From assembly GCA_041653595.1 (NCBI GenBank), contig JBAZFB010000006.1, positions 17,503 to 81,502 on the forward strand: DNA of 64,000 nucleotides, given 5' to 3'. Each line of letters begins with the position of its first letter. The stretch's first letter is position 1. The stretch comes from Candidatus Omnitrophota bacterium (GTDB lineage: Bacteria; Omnitrophota; Gorgyraeia; Pluralincolimonadales; Pluralincolimonadaceae). This document shows, in pieces, positions 27,277 to 36,362 of this stretch. The translations under genes and the position numbers were made by a program. The notes under the pieces were generated by a model that ran no database searches, was not told the origin of the DNA, and saw only the letters and a list, made by a program, of their open reading frames with translations.

Positions 27277-28944
27277 CTACCCTAAGATCGCCTTCAGGTC
27301 TTCGTCGGGCGTGGTAATGGGTTTCACGCCGAAATTATTAACGAGGACTTTGAGGACGTTCGGCGACACGAATGCCGGGAGCGACGGGCCTATCCTTATG
27401 TTCTTCACGCCCAGCGAAAGGAGCGTAATGAGGATGCAAACCGCCTTCTGCTCATACCAGGAAAGGATGATGGATAACGGCAGGTCGTTCACGCCGCAGC
27501 CGAACGCGCCGGCAAGCGCCAGCGCTATCTTTATCGCCGAATATGAGTCGTTGCACTGGCCCAGGTCAAGCAGGCGCGGGATGCCGCCGATATCTCCGAA
27601 TTCAAGCGTGTTGAAGCGGAATTTCCCGCAGGCGAGCGTAAGTATCACGCAATCTTTGGGGACCTTTTCGGCGAACTCGGTGTAATAATTCCTGCCCGGC
27701 TTCGCGCCGTCGCATCCGCCTATGAGGAAGAAATGGCGTATCCTGTTCTCTTTTACGGATCCGACGATCCTGTCGGCGACGCCCAAAACCGCGTTGTGGC
27801 CGAAGCCGACGACTATTTCTTTTTCGATCTTATCCGCCTTGAGCCAGTCGAGCTCGAGCGCCTTCCTAATCACCGGCGAAAAGTCTTTATCGTCGAACCC
27901 CGGGATATGGGTGACTCCCGGCCACGCGACCATCCCGGTCGTGAATACCCGCGCCTTATAGGAGTCGCGCGGCTTCTGGATGCAGTTTGTCGTGAACAGG
28001 AACGCGGCAGGCACGCCGTCGAATTCCTTCTGCTGGTTCTGCCACGCGGTGCCGAAATGCCCGGCGAAGTGTTTATATTTATGGAAAGCGAGATATCCGT
28101 GCGCCGGCAGCATCTCGCCGTGCGTGTAAACATTTATCCCCTTCCCTTCGGTCTGGTCCAACAGCATTTCGAGGTCGAGGAGATCGTGGCCCGAGACGAT
28201 TATCGCAGGGCCCTTCTTCAGGCCCAATTTCACCCTCGTCGGGGACGGGTTGCCGAAATGTTCCGTATTCGCTTTATCGAGGAGCTCGAGGCATTTGAAA
28301 TTCACCTTCCCGAACTCCATATTCATCGCGAGGGCCTCTTCGACCGAGAGGTTGTCTTCGGCGAGTTTCGAGAGCGCCTTGTGGAAATACGCGTCCACTT
28401 CCTCGTCTTCAAGGCCGAGGACCGCGGCGTGGTCGGCGTAGGCCGCCATGCCTTTAAGGCCTAAAAGCAGGAGTTCCTGCAGGCTGCGCGAATCCTCATC
28501 CATCGCGGGCCATGAAAGGACGCCTACCTGCCTGCCCTGGTCGACCAGCCCTTCTATGCTGTTCGCGGGCTTCCAATCGGTCGCGTCTGGGAGGCGTGTC
28601 GCGAAATCCTTGTCGTATTTCTTCTTATATTCCCGAAGGAAGAGCCCTTTCATTTTTTCCTTGACCTCATACGCGCGCGTCAAAAATTCTTTGAGCCGCC
28701 CCGGGTCGAAATCAACGTTCGTTATCGTGGTAAAAAGCCCTTCTTTCAGGAAAAGGTCGGCCTCTTTATCCTTTATGCCGAGCTCGCGCGCCATATTCCC
28801 GTAAACGGCGATGCCCTTCATAGCGTATATAAGAAGGTCCTGGAGTGTCGCTGTGACCGGGTCTTTCCCGCAAACGCCCTGCATAGTGCATCCGGTACCC
28901 TGCGCGGTCTGCTCGCATTGCCTACAGAACATCTTTGTTTCCAT
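27277..28944 (-). CDS. hcp: hybrid-cluster protein / hydroxylamine reductase
   Basis: N-terminal CRQCEQTAQGTGCTMQGVCGK Cys cluster. 555 aa, typical Hcp length. Confidence 0.9.
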   Translation of the reverse strand: METKMFCRQCEQTAQGTGCTMQGVCGKDPVTATLQDLLIYAMKGIAVYGNMARELGIKDKEADLFLKEGLFTTITNVDFDPGRLKEFLTRAYEVKEKMKGLFLREYKKKYDKDFATRLPDATDWKPANSIEGLVDQGRQVGVLSWPAMDEDSRSLQELLLLGLKGMAAYADHAAVLGLEDEEVDAYFHKALSKLAEDNLSVEEALAMNMEFGKVNFKCLELLDKANTEHFGNPSPTRVKLGLKKGPAIIVSGHDLLDLEMLLDQTEGKGINVYTHGEMLPAHGYLAFHKYKHFAGHFGTAWQNQQKEFDGVPAAFLFTTNCIQKPRDSYKARVFTTGMVAWPGVTHIPGFDDKDFSPVIRKALELDWLKADKIEKEIVVGFGHNAVLGVADRIVGSVKENRIRHFFLIGGCDGAKPGRNYYTEFAEKVPKDCVILTLACGKFRFNTLEFGDIGGIPRLLDLGQCNDSYSAIKIALALAGAFGCGVNDLPLSIILSWYEQKAVCILITLLSLGVKNIRIGPSLPAFVSPNVLKVLVNNFGVKPITTPDEDLKAILG

Positions 28945-29344
28945 GGATCATCCCCTCAATTGTTATCGGTTTCAGTTGGATGTTTATGAACTGCTCTATT
29001 GTACCTAACCGCCTCCTTAAAAAACAAGATTTTTTATTGGGGCAAGCTTCCTTTTGAAGCACGCACTCGCTCAATTTGATGGGGCCCTGGAACACTTTGA
29101 CGACCTCTAGTAAGGATATCTTCTTCGGCCCGCGCGCCAGTTTGAACCCCCCGCCGGCGCCTTTCTGGGAAATAAGGAGCCCTTTAGCGTTCAGGGTCTG
29201 CAGTATCTTCCTGAGGAACGGCCGCGGTATCCTGAGGCTCCGGACAAGCTCCGGCACCGACGTCAGACCCTCTTGCTTCTTCGCCATGTAGCAGAGCGCC
29301 CTCACGGCGTAATCCGTATTCCTGTTTATCAGTCTTATGCTCAT
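28922..29344 (-). CDS. Rrf2-family transcriptional regulator (NsrR/IscR-like)
   Basis: N-terminal wHTH (DYAVRALCYMA). Three clustered Cys (CVLQKEACPNKKSC) for an Fe-S cluster. Directly upstream of hcp. Confidence 0.8.
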   Translation of the reverse strand: MSIRLINRNTDYAVRALCYMAKKQEGLTSVPELVRSLRIPRPFLRKILQTLNAKGLLISQKGAGGGFKLARGPKKISLLEVVKVFQGPIKLSECVLQKEACPNKKSCFLRRRLGTIEQFINIQLKPITIEGMIHGNKDVL

Positions 29345-29351
29345 GGCAGTA

Positions 29352-29372
29352 ATGATACCACAATGGTATCAT
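29352..29372 (-). promoter_or_regulatory. candidate Rrf2 operator, 9-3-9 perfect palindrome overlapping promoter spacer
   Basis: ATGATACCA-caa-TGGTATCAT. On the minus strand a TTGACA hexamer (29379..29374) sits immediately 5' of it. Confidence 0.45.
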
Positions 29373-29483
29373 TTGTCAAGTTAAATTTTGCAGCGCGCGG
29401 AACGCATGCTGCAAAATAATCCCGCGCCTGCGCAGAAAATCCCTAAGAGATTTTCAAGCGATTAGGCGCGGGGAAAAAATTAT

Positions 29484-29879
29484 TTAATTTTTCTCGAGCT
29501 TGCGGCTGAGGTAGCCCCCCGTGAGGCCGTCAATGCTAGCGGTGAGCTCCTCTATCCTGAGCTCTCTTTCCGTGTAAGCCGGGCTTTCCTTGTCGGTTAT
29601 CCTGATAAGTTGCTTCTGTAGCTTCTTCCTCTCGAAGTAAACGGTGTTGAGTGCCTCCATAATATCGTTCCTTAGCTCCACCATAAGCTTCGAGCGCGAG
29701 TCTATCGAGGTCTGGGCAGTATTATATACAAGGTCACCCAAATCCCATTTGGCCGTGAAATCCCAGCCGGAACTTGTGTCGTCCGGACCTACCCAGAAGT
29801 TCGTCCTACCGTTTGATGTGGCGGTCGATATCGTAGTATCTAGATCATTGTTATAACCTACGCTTACTTCGGGCATCAA
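29484..29879 (-). CDS. hypothetical protein (TTG start)
   Basis: 131 aa with a Thr/Ser-rich N-half and a coiled-coil-like C-half. No signal peptide. Confidence 0.3.
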   Translation of the reverse strand: MMPEVSVGYNNDLDTTISTATSNGRTNFWVGPDDTSSGWDFTAKWDLGDLVYNTAQTSIDSRSKLMVELRNDIMEALNTVYFERKKLQKQLIRITDKESPAYTERELRIEELTASIDGLTGGYLSRKLEKN

Positions 29880-29926
29880 GGCCCTTACGGCAGCCTGGTG
29901 CCTCCAGTTGGATATCTTATCGGGAT

Positions 29927-30199
29927 TTACCTCAGCGTATCTGATCGCGGCGCGCTGGGCTCGGGAATGGTTGGTTCGTTAGGGTCGGGGGTTTTGTTCT
30001 GGAGGGAAACTGTTTCAGTTGCAATTGGCTTCTTTTCTTCTTGCGCAAGCACGGTTTCTTCTTTTGAGGCCGGGATTTCTTGGTTAGCAACGGAAGCCGG
30101 CTTTAATGAAGTTTGCTTTGATTTTTCCCGCGCACAACCGCTTACCAACGGCACAGTCATACACAATACCAAAATAACACCTAGCTTATCATGACGCAT
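29927..30199 (-). CDS. small lipoprotein, low-complexity
   Basis: Lipobox LVSGC after a signal peptide. Pro/Glu/Thr-rich mature region. Confidence 0.4.
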   Translation of the reverse strand: MRHDKLGVILVLCMTVPLVSGCAREKSKQTSLKPASVANQEIPASKEETVLAQEEKKPIATETVSLQNKTPDPNEPTIPEPSAPRSDTLR

Positions 30200-30262
30200 T
30201 TGTCTGTGTCTCCTTTCTGCTATAATAGACGTAAAGCGGAAGGAAAAACTTTCAAAAATATT

Positions 30263-31168
30263 TTATCTCGCCCATCCTTCCCATTCGGCTTCAATTGGAT
30301 TAATTGGCCCTACTTCATCCACCTCCCCCGCTTCGAGGTTGCGCGAGCCGTCGGGTTGTATGTAGTAGTCAAAATCTCCACTAAGTGCGATTTTCCCGTA
30401 TTTCCCATCTGGAGTTTTGAAATAAAAACAATAACCCCCTGTTGATTCAGGGCAGACAGATTGGACGTAACCATCCTCAGGTGCTTGAGGCATCCATTCA
30501 AATTTGGCGAAAAGCTTATCCAGAGTACTTTCTCTCATTGGATATCCCGGGAAGCAAACAAATCCGCCCGGTTCTTTCATCGTATAAATCGCTCTACCTT
30601 CTTCGTCGTAAGACCTCGTTAGCCAGACGGTCTCTTCTTCAACCACAGGGAAGTACCATAATTTAATAAAGGACCAACCGCATTCCTTACCTTTGGATTC
30701 CTTATCTTCTATATCGGGAATATGTGCATTATGAACATACTCAAGCTTGGAAGGCGATCCTTTTTTTATAAGGTGAATTGTCAAATCATTTATGATTATC
30801 TTATCATCTGTCGGTTCCTTATAATCTGCAAGGACTATAGCATTTCCGTGATAGCCGTCTTTTTCTACCTTAATATCACAAAAAGTGGCGTCCGGCAATT
30901 TCCAAGAAAACGTACCACCATAAATTTTCTTTTCGAGTATTTTAGTCTCGGATTTGATCTCATCGTAAAACTTGCTTTTAACCACATCAGGATACGTTAC
31001 AGTCTCAAGTTCTGCCGTAAGGACCACTTCGTCCGTAATCAAGGTGCCATCCTGATCGATTATTTTACCGGCGATTTCGAATTTATCCAAAGATTGATAG
31101 CCATTACAAATGTTACTTAAACACAACAACATAACAACAAATAAAGATTTAGACATCAGTACCCCCAT
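30263..31168 (-). CDS. secreted hypothetical protein, co-transcribed partner of the large lipase-like protein
   Basis: Signal peptide (MGVLMSKSLFVVMLLCLSNICNG). 301 aa with 6 Cys. The start overlaps the upstream gene's stop by 13 nt. AT-rich composition. Confidence 0.5.
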   Translation of the reverse strand: MGVLMSKSLFVVMLLCLSNICNGYQSLDKFEIAGKIIDQDGTLITDEVVLTAELETVTYPDVVKSKFYDEIKSETKILEKKIYGGTFSWKLPDATFCDIKVEKDGYHGNAIVLADYKEPTDDKIIINDLTIHLIKKGSPSKLEYVHNAHIPDIEDKESKGKECGWSFIKLWYFPVVEEETVWLTRSYDEEGRAIYTMKEPGGFVCFPGYPMRESTLDKLFAKFEWMPQAPEDGYVQSVCPESTGGYCFYFKTPDGKYGKIALSGDFDYYIQPDGSRNLEAGEVDEVGPINPIEAEWEGWAR

Positions 31169-34100
31169 TTTTCTAAGTTTTTTGGATTTAAAAATCCTCC
31201 AAAATATTCTTGAACATCATAATAACACTCCGTTCCAAAACTTAAATGATCTCGAATCCCGAATGGCCGAATATTTCCCCTAAAATATGAACGACTCATA
31301 AAATTCGACAATTTTGACTCTAAATTCTGATTTCCCAATCCTCCCGACATACTCTTTTCATGTCTATAAAGACCTACATCACAAAAACCATACATTCGAT
31401 TTGAAGGGAGGACCTCATAATTATTGTCCAGCGGAACCGGCAATCCATAGTCCAGGTTACCTATTAAACCCGACCACCAAACTCCGATTAGGTTATCGGA
31501 AAAATTGCGTATTAATTTGTCTTTGCTATAATACAAATTATACACTTTTCCAGTAATATTATTTGCCGCAGCTGATACATACATATCTTTATAATAGTCA
31601 TTCTCCTGTCTAGTGGCGTAAGTGTTACCAGAAACGGCTACCTGAACTAAGAATACGTTATTTACGATCTTTCTCTTGTCCTGAATTGCAAGTAATTTCA
31701 AAGCATATGAAGTAAGATTGCCTCCTAATGAATGTGCAACCAGGTTTATTTTAGCATTTTTAAATTCATTTTTGGTATTTTCTATTACATCAGCCAAAAC
31801 CTGACCAGTCTGGAAAGAGTTTACCCATTGGTTGTCGAAAACCGTCTTGAAATTGTTACTTCCAATAAGCGGTATCGGATCGTATATCCCCTCTGCAGTA
31901 TCCCACGAGAACCCAATAAAACCGCCTCTATAGCCGCTCCTATATAAACGTTTATATACGGTATTGCTCCATGTCACAGCATCACTCTTTGGGGTCCAGG
32001 CGCCATGGATAAACATAAATACTTTGCTCGGATCTTGTATAAACATATTTTTATTTTCAACATTAATTGTCCTATATCTAAGCTTGCCATCACTCCCGTC
32101 GGAAGGAGCGCCCCTGACATCCACAAATCTATACATATCCCTTATGCTTTTTAAAGTTACATAAGCTTCGTCCAATATCGCTTCTGTCTTATTTTCGCCT
32201 AGCTCGACTATCAGAGATAACTCAAGCACCCCTTGCTCGATGCCTTCGAAGATGGCACGGAAGTTGCCATTATCATCGAAATATTTTGACTCGAGTTCTT
32301 TCTTGTCACCTGAAGCCAGATTTATTATGATTGGTTTGGTGAATTGGGCGATGGAGCTGTTGATATCCTTTAGATATGTGAATGAGCCAATTTTCTTAAT
32401 ATCCTTTACCCTTTCAAATATCTTAATCCTGCCCGAGCCTTCCGCCTTTAGATAGAACTTTACATTTTGGTTGGTGGTCCATTCCTTAATGTTGGGTATT
32501 GTTAGATTTATCGGCATAAAATCCTCAAGGTCTCTTATACCGTTTATATTCCCGTCATAGCCATCGTTCCCGTTGCTGTTTACCGCGCAGGCATCATCCG
32601 AATGTATATTTGACTCATCATAATCGTCGTCATTATTGACCCAATTTACGCACCCCGGCGCGACCTGTTCGACGGCATTGTCATCGCCGCCCAGAAAACC
32701 GTCGTTATTGGAGTCAACGAGGATGTCGCCGCTCAGAGTTTGCATATTATAACAAGAAAAAAACTTATTGCAGTAGCCTGGGCTATAGCCAAACCCGTCG
32801 CCGTATGAGGGCGCCTCCATAGTTATATCGATATCTGTGTCAGGATTAGGATTCTCCATAATAATATAGGCCGATCTATTTAAATTGTATGTCCTGTCTG
32901 CCGGGTCAAAGAGGGGATTTAGCGGGTATTTGCCGTTTATTTTGTATTTTGAAGGATCTAAGGGTTGTTCATAATATAGAAAGGGGCCGAATGTCTCAAT
33001 AAAATCACAGTTCTTGAATATGACTATAAAAGGATTATCTTTTACCGGCGGGGAATGAAGGGTCGTGACCGTCATGCCCCATAACCTTCCGGGACTCTCT
33101 TTATATTCCCAATTAATATCGGAACAACTATCGAAAGGATTGCTAAGCCAGGGATAATTTGAGACGGTACAAGACGGAAGGCCGTACGAGGGAACGTAAT
33201 AACAAAAACCCATAGAATCTACCGAGCTTAGCATTATCCAGCCAGAGCTAAAAGGCGGTCCATAAGGGAAATACGTCCGCATGTTAGACTTTATATCCGA
33301 CCAATTCGCGAAAGGAGACTCGGAGAAGAGATCGCGATTGAACATCTGGTTATAATTGATCTCAAGCTTTATCTGTTTTTCCTGGCCAAAGTAATTGATA
33401 TTCTTCCTGCGATGCCTCCCATTCTCAATATAATCAACATAAATTGGCGGAAACACATAATTTTCACCCGTCGACTGCATCTTCACAAACAACTGATAAT
33501 AATAAAATGTTATCTTCTCTTCTTTAACATGCCCTGCGTCATCGGTTACCTGCGCCGTAAGGATGTTTTTGCCGGAGTGCGTTACCGGATCGACCTTCAT
33601 AATGATATACTCGGGAGAATCGGCTACAATATTCCTGCGGCGCGCCTCTCCCGGGGAAAGAAGCGTCGGACCCGTAAAAGTAAAACTGGCTGGGCTTATC
33701 GTGCACTCCCGGCCGCCTATAGTTATGCTTTTTACATGGGCGAACTCATTAAACCTGCCGCCTATCTGAAGGGCATTTTCGGTTATAATTTGGTCTTTAT
33801 AAGGAGAGGAAAAAGACAGCATCGGCTCTTCTTTATTATCAAGAACCGGCATTTGGACAGGATCAGTTCGAGGATTTGAGTTATTGGTACTACCGGCTCC
33901 GCCGGTAACGCCGCCTGTTATCTGTTGGACAACGGAAATGACTTGAGGATCATCGTTCTTGATCCTATAACCCGAAGTTGACGGCGTTGAGACAGGCGTA
34001 ACAGGCGAACTCTTAGATGCGATAAGCGCCGGCGTAAAACCCTCTGGCGCGATGTTAGTATCTATTGACAAAACTTTTTTAGTTTCTGTCTCATGCGATC

Positions 34101-34491
34101 CCGTCGCTTCGGGAAGCGGTCCGGCCTCTTCCTCTAATTCCTCTTTACGATATAGCGTGTAAGAATAGAACTTCCTTTTGCCTGTCGAATCAAAGATCTC
34201 AAATATGAAGACATTTTTTCCTACCGATAACGGCAAACTAGATATCATGAACTTGGATCCGCTAAATTTGACCGGCTTGCCGTCTATCCGTAAGGATAAG
34301 ATCTTCGATTCGGTCAGTATATGGCCGCTGATATCCACCGTTTCGGTATCTATTATAGAGAAAGCTGGCGGAAGTATCGAATCCAACGTTGGTAAGCGAT
34401 AATTAATGCCCTTGTGGGCATACAAAGGCGTAAAAAATAGCGTCGATGACGCTAACGCGATAAATAAAACCGCGGATAATTTCTTGTGCAT
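31156..34491 (-). CDS. large secreted protein with C-terminal lipase/esterase-type alpha/beta-hydrolase domain
   Basis: 1111 aa with a signal peptide (MHKKLSAVLFIALASSTLFFTPLYA). D/N-rich segment DSNNDGFLGGDDN...NNDDDYDESNIHSDD...SNGNDGYDGNINGIRD. C-terminal FMFIHGAW ... VAHSLGGN, a nucleophile-elbow A-H-S-L-G. Visibly AT-rich relative to the flanks. Confidence 0.6.
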   Translation of the reverse strand: MHKKLSAVLFIALASSTLFFTPLYAHKGINYRLPTLDSILPPAFSIIDTETVDISGHILTESKILSLRIDGKPVKFSGSKFMISSLPLSVGKNVFIFEIFDSTGKRKFYSYTLYRKEELEEEAGPLPEATGSHETETKKVLSIDTNIAPEGFTPALIASKSSPVTPVSTPSTSGYRIKNDDPQVISVVQQITGGVTGGAGSTNNSNPRTDPVQMPVLDNKEEPMLSFSSPYKDQIITENALQIGGRFNEFAHVKSITIGGRECTISPASFTFTGPTLLSPGEARRRNIVADSPEYIIMKVDPVTHSGKNILTAQVTDDAGHVKEEKITFYYYQLFVKMQSTGENYVFPPIYVDYIENGRHRRKNINYFGQEKQIKLEINYNQMFNRDLFSESPFANWSDIKSNMRTYFPYGPPFSSGWIMLSSVDSMGFCYYVPSYGLPSCTVSNYPWLSNPFDSCSDINWEYKESPGRLWGMTVTTLHSPPVKDNPFIVIFKNCDFIETFGPFLYYEQPLDPSKYKINGKYPLNPLFDPADRTYNLNRSAYIIMENPNPDTDIDITMEAPSYGDGFGYSPGYCNKFFSCYNMQTLSGDILVDSNNDGFLGGDDNAVEQVAPGCVNWVNNDDDYDESNIHSDDACAVNSNGNDGYDGNINGIRDLEDFMPINLTIPNIKEWTTNQNVKFYLKAEGSGRIKIFERVKDIKKIGSFTYLKDINSSIAQFTKPIIINLASGDKKELESKYFDDNGNFRAIFEGIEQGVLELSLIVELGENKTEAILDEAYVTLKSIRDMYRFVDVRGAPSDGSDGKLRYRTINVENKNMFIQDPSKVFMFIHGAWTPKSDAVTWSNTVYKRLYRSGYRGGFIGFSWDTAEGIYDPIPLIGSNNFKTVFDNQWVNSFQTGQVLADVIENTKNEFKNAKINLVAHSLGGNLTSYALKLLAIQDKRKIVNNVFLVQVAVSGNTYATRQENDYYKDMYVSAAANNITGKVYNLYYSKDKLIRNFSDNLIGVWWSGLIGNLDYGLPVPLDNNYEVLPSNRMYGFCDVGLYRHEKSMSGGLGNQNLESKLSNFMSRSYFRGNIRPFGIRDHLSFGTECYYDVQEYFGGFLNPKNLEKWGY

Positions 34492-34597
34492 AATTTATTA
34501 CTCTACCTCCAATCAAAGCAAGAATGAGTAATTAATATACAATATTCCACCTTCCTTGTCTAGTAAATTAAATTGCTTATTTAGGGTAATGTGGGAT

Positions 34598-34680
34598 AAA
34601 TTCAGGGACGTTTCATAAAGGGACAGTTCATTTTATAGGACGATAAGTGAAGTGCCCCCGAATAAAGCGTCCCTGAATTT
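34598..34680. repeat. perfect 13-bp inverted repeat with 57-nt spacer at island/operon boundary
   Basis: AAATTCAGGGACG (34598..34610) and CGTCCCTGAATTT (34668..34680). Lies between the start of the large AT-rich gene and the stop of the downstream higher-GC gene. May act as a long-loop terminator. Confidence 0.45.
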
Positions 34681-34683
34681 TAA

Positions 34684-35316
34684 TTACGGCATATCGACTA
34701 TCTTAAGGTCGTCGATGTATATTATCACGGAATCCTTGCCCGCGTTATATTTGGGTCCCACGGCGAATTTTATTTCTTTGAGTTCCGCGGGATTGAATTT
34801 GACGTCCGTGACCATCTTGGCCGAGGTGTTGTCCCAATACTGCCCTTTCTTGGGATACACATTAAAGGGTATGGCCACCTTCTGCCATTCTTTGGTGGTC
34901 TTGACGTAGGCAGGTGTGGCCATCACGCCTACTTCGGTCTTGTTGCCGTCGTTATCATCGGCATCGATCAATAATACCTCGAAATTCTCTCCGCCTGCGG
35001 CGCCCTTGACCCAGAACTCGACCGCGGGTTTATTGAACTTTGTCAGGTCAACCGGGGGGATCAGGGGATTCCGCCCTACTACCGCGCCCGACCATTGCGT
35101 GCTATCGAAATCCGCCTTCAGGCACCCCTCGCCCGAGTGAGAGCCCGTCTTCTCGATCTCGAAAGTCGTCCCGCCGCCATAGGCATACATATACTGGCCG
35201 TTAGTTTCATCTATGATGTCCGTGAAAAAATCCGCTGATGCGGCGCGCGCTACGCCGGCCGCGCAGATCAGCGCCAAACCGCACAAAAACACCGCGACAA
35301 ACACCGCCCTCTTCAT
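34684..35316 (-). CDS. secreted beta-sandwich (carbohydrate-binding-module-like) protein
   Basis: A signal peptide MKRAVFVAVFLCGLALICAAGVARA begins at an internal Met. The ORF-track start at 35469 overlaps hydE and is probably wrong. About 210 aa. Confidence 0.4.
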   Translation of the reverse strand: MKRAVFVAVFLCGLALICAAGVARAASADFFTDIIDETNGQYMYAYGGGTTFEIEKTGSHSGEGCLKADFDSTQWSGAVVGRNPLIPPVDLTKFNKPAVEFWVKGAAGGENFEVLLIDADDNDGNKTEVGVMATPAYVKTTKEWQKVAIPFNVYPKKGQYWDNTSAKMVTDVKFNPAELKEIKFAVGPKYNAGKDSVIIYIDDLKIVDMP

Positions 35317-35390
35317 TTTGCTACCTCCTGTATTTATGGATAGATTATAACTCCGGCAGGACATTACTTCAATAAGATTAACGTCCCCGA

Positions 35391-36362
35391 TCAGGCGATG
35401 GTGCGGCCTATCGAGGCGGCGAGGGACTCCATGCACGGGGCGCAGGAACCGGTAGATTCGCTGATGCATCTTTTGTTGGGATAGATCTCGTATAATTTCT
35501 TGTAAGGCGCGGGCGTGAAGTTGGGCATAAGGACGTTGGCGCCCGCCATCAGCCCCTCTACCCTGAAATCCTTGCCTAAACTGCCGAGGGCGGTGGTCGC
35601 CGGGAGGTTTGCCCTTTTCGTGACGATACGGGTGAGCGCCAGCGTTTTAAGGACGAGGTTTACATCGCCGGCGGTGTTATCCGCCAGGGGCGTCTTGCCG
35701 TGCGGGATGAACGGCCCGATGCCTATCATATCAAAATCCCATTCTTTGAAAAACAAAATGTCGGCGGCGATGGAGCGTAAAGTCTGGCCGGGGAGGCCGA
35801 CCATTATACCCGAGCCGGTCTCGTAACCAAGGCCTTTCAGGTCGCGCAGGCAGCGCAGGCGGTTCTCGAAATCCATTCCGTAGTGGAGCGAGTCGTAGAG
35901 TTTTTTGTCAGAAGTTTCGATCTTAAGGAGATACCTGTCCGCGCCGGCGTCCTTCCATAATTTATAGTCTTCGCGCGGCCTCTCGCCTACGGACAGGGTC
36001 ACCGCGATCTCATATCTTAATTTTATATCTTTAATGAGGCCGGCAAGCCACTCGGGCTTCAGCATGGGATTCTCGCCCGACTGCAGGACGACGGTTTTGA
36101 TATTTGCGGCGGCGATCTGCTTGACGCTCTCGAGTATCTCCTCTTTTGTCAGGCGGTATCTCTCGAGAGACCTGTTCGTCGCGTTGAGCCCGCAATAGTA
36201 ACAATGTTTTCCGCAAAAATTTGAGAACTCGACAAGCCCGCGCAGGAGGATCGCGTCGCCGGCGTATTCATGGCGGACTTTATCGGCACGTTCATAAAGC
36301 TCGACGAGCGCCTTCTCATCCTCGAGCGAAAGCAGGCGTTCGATCTCTCTCAGATCATACAT
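35391..36362 (-). CDS. hydE: [FeFe]-hydrogenase maturase HydE (radical SAM, BioB-like)
   Basis: CGKHCYYC radical-SAM motif. Biotin-synthase-like length. Immediately after hydG and hydF. Confidence 0.8.
   Translation of the reverse strand: MYDLREIERLLSLEDEKALVELYERADKVRHEYAGDAILLRGLVEFSNFCGKHCYYCGLNATNRSLERYRLTKEEILESVKQIAAANIKTVVLQSGENPMLKPEWLAGLIKDIKLRYEIAVTLSVGERPREDYKLWKDAGADRYLLKIETSDKKLYDSLHYGMDFENRLRCLRDLKGLGYETGSGIMVGLPGQTLRSIAADILFFKEWDFDMIGIGPFIPHGKTPLADNTAGDVNLVLKTLALTRIVTKRANLPATTALGSLGKDFRVEGLMAGANVLMPNFTPAPYKKLYEIYPNKRCISESTGSCAPCMESLAASIGRTIA

Noticed and set aside
29880-29926. Possible fusion of the lipoprotein ORF (29927..30199) and the 131-aa ORF (29484..29879) by a frameshift
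   Set aside because: The in-frame translation upstream of the TTG start hits a stop (29916..29918), and the two ORFs are in different frames with no obvious slippery run. They are kept as separate low-confidence genes.
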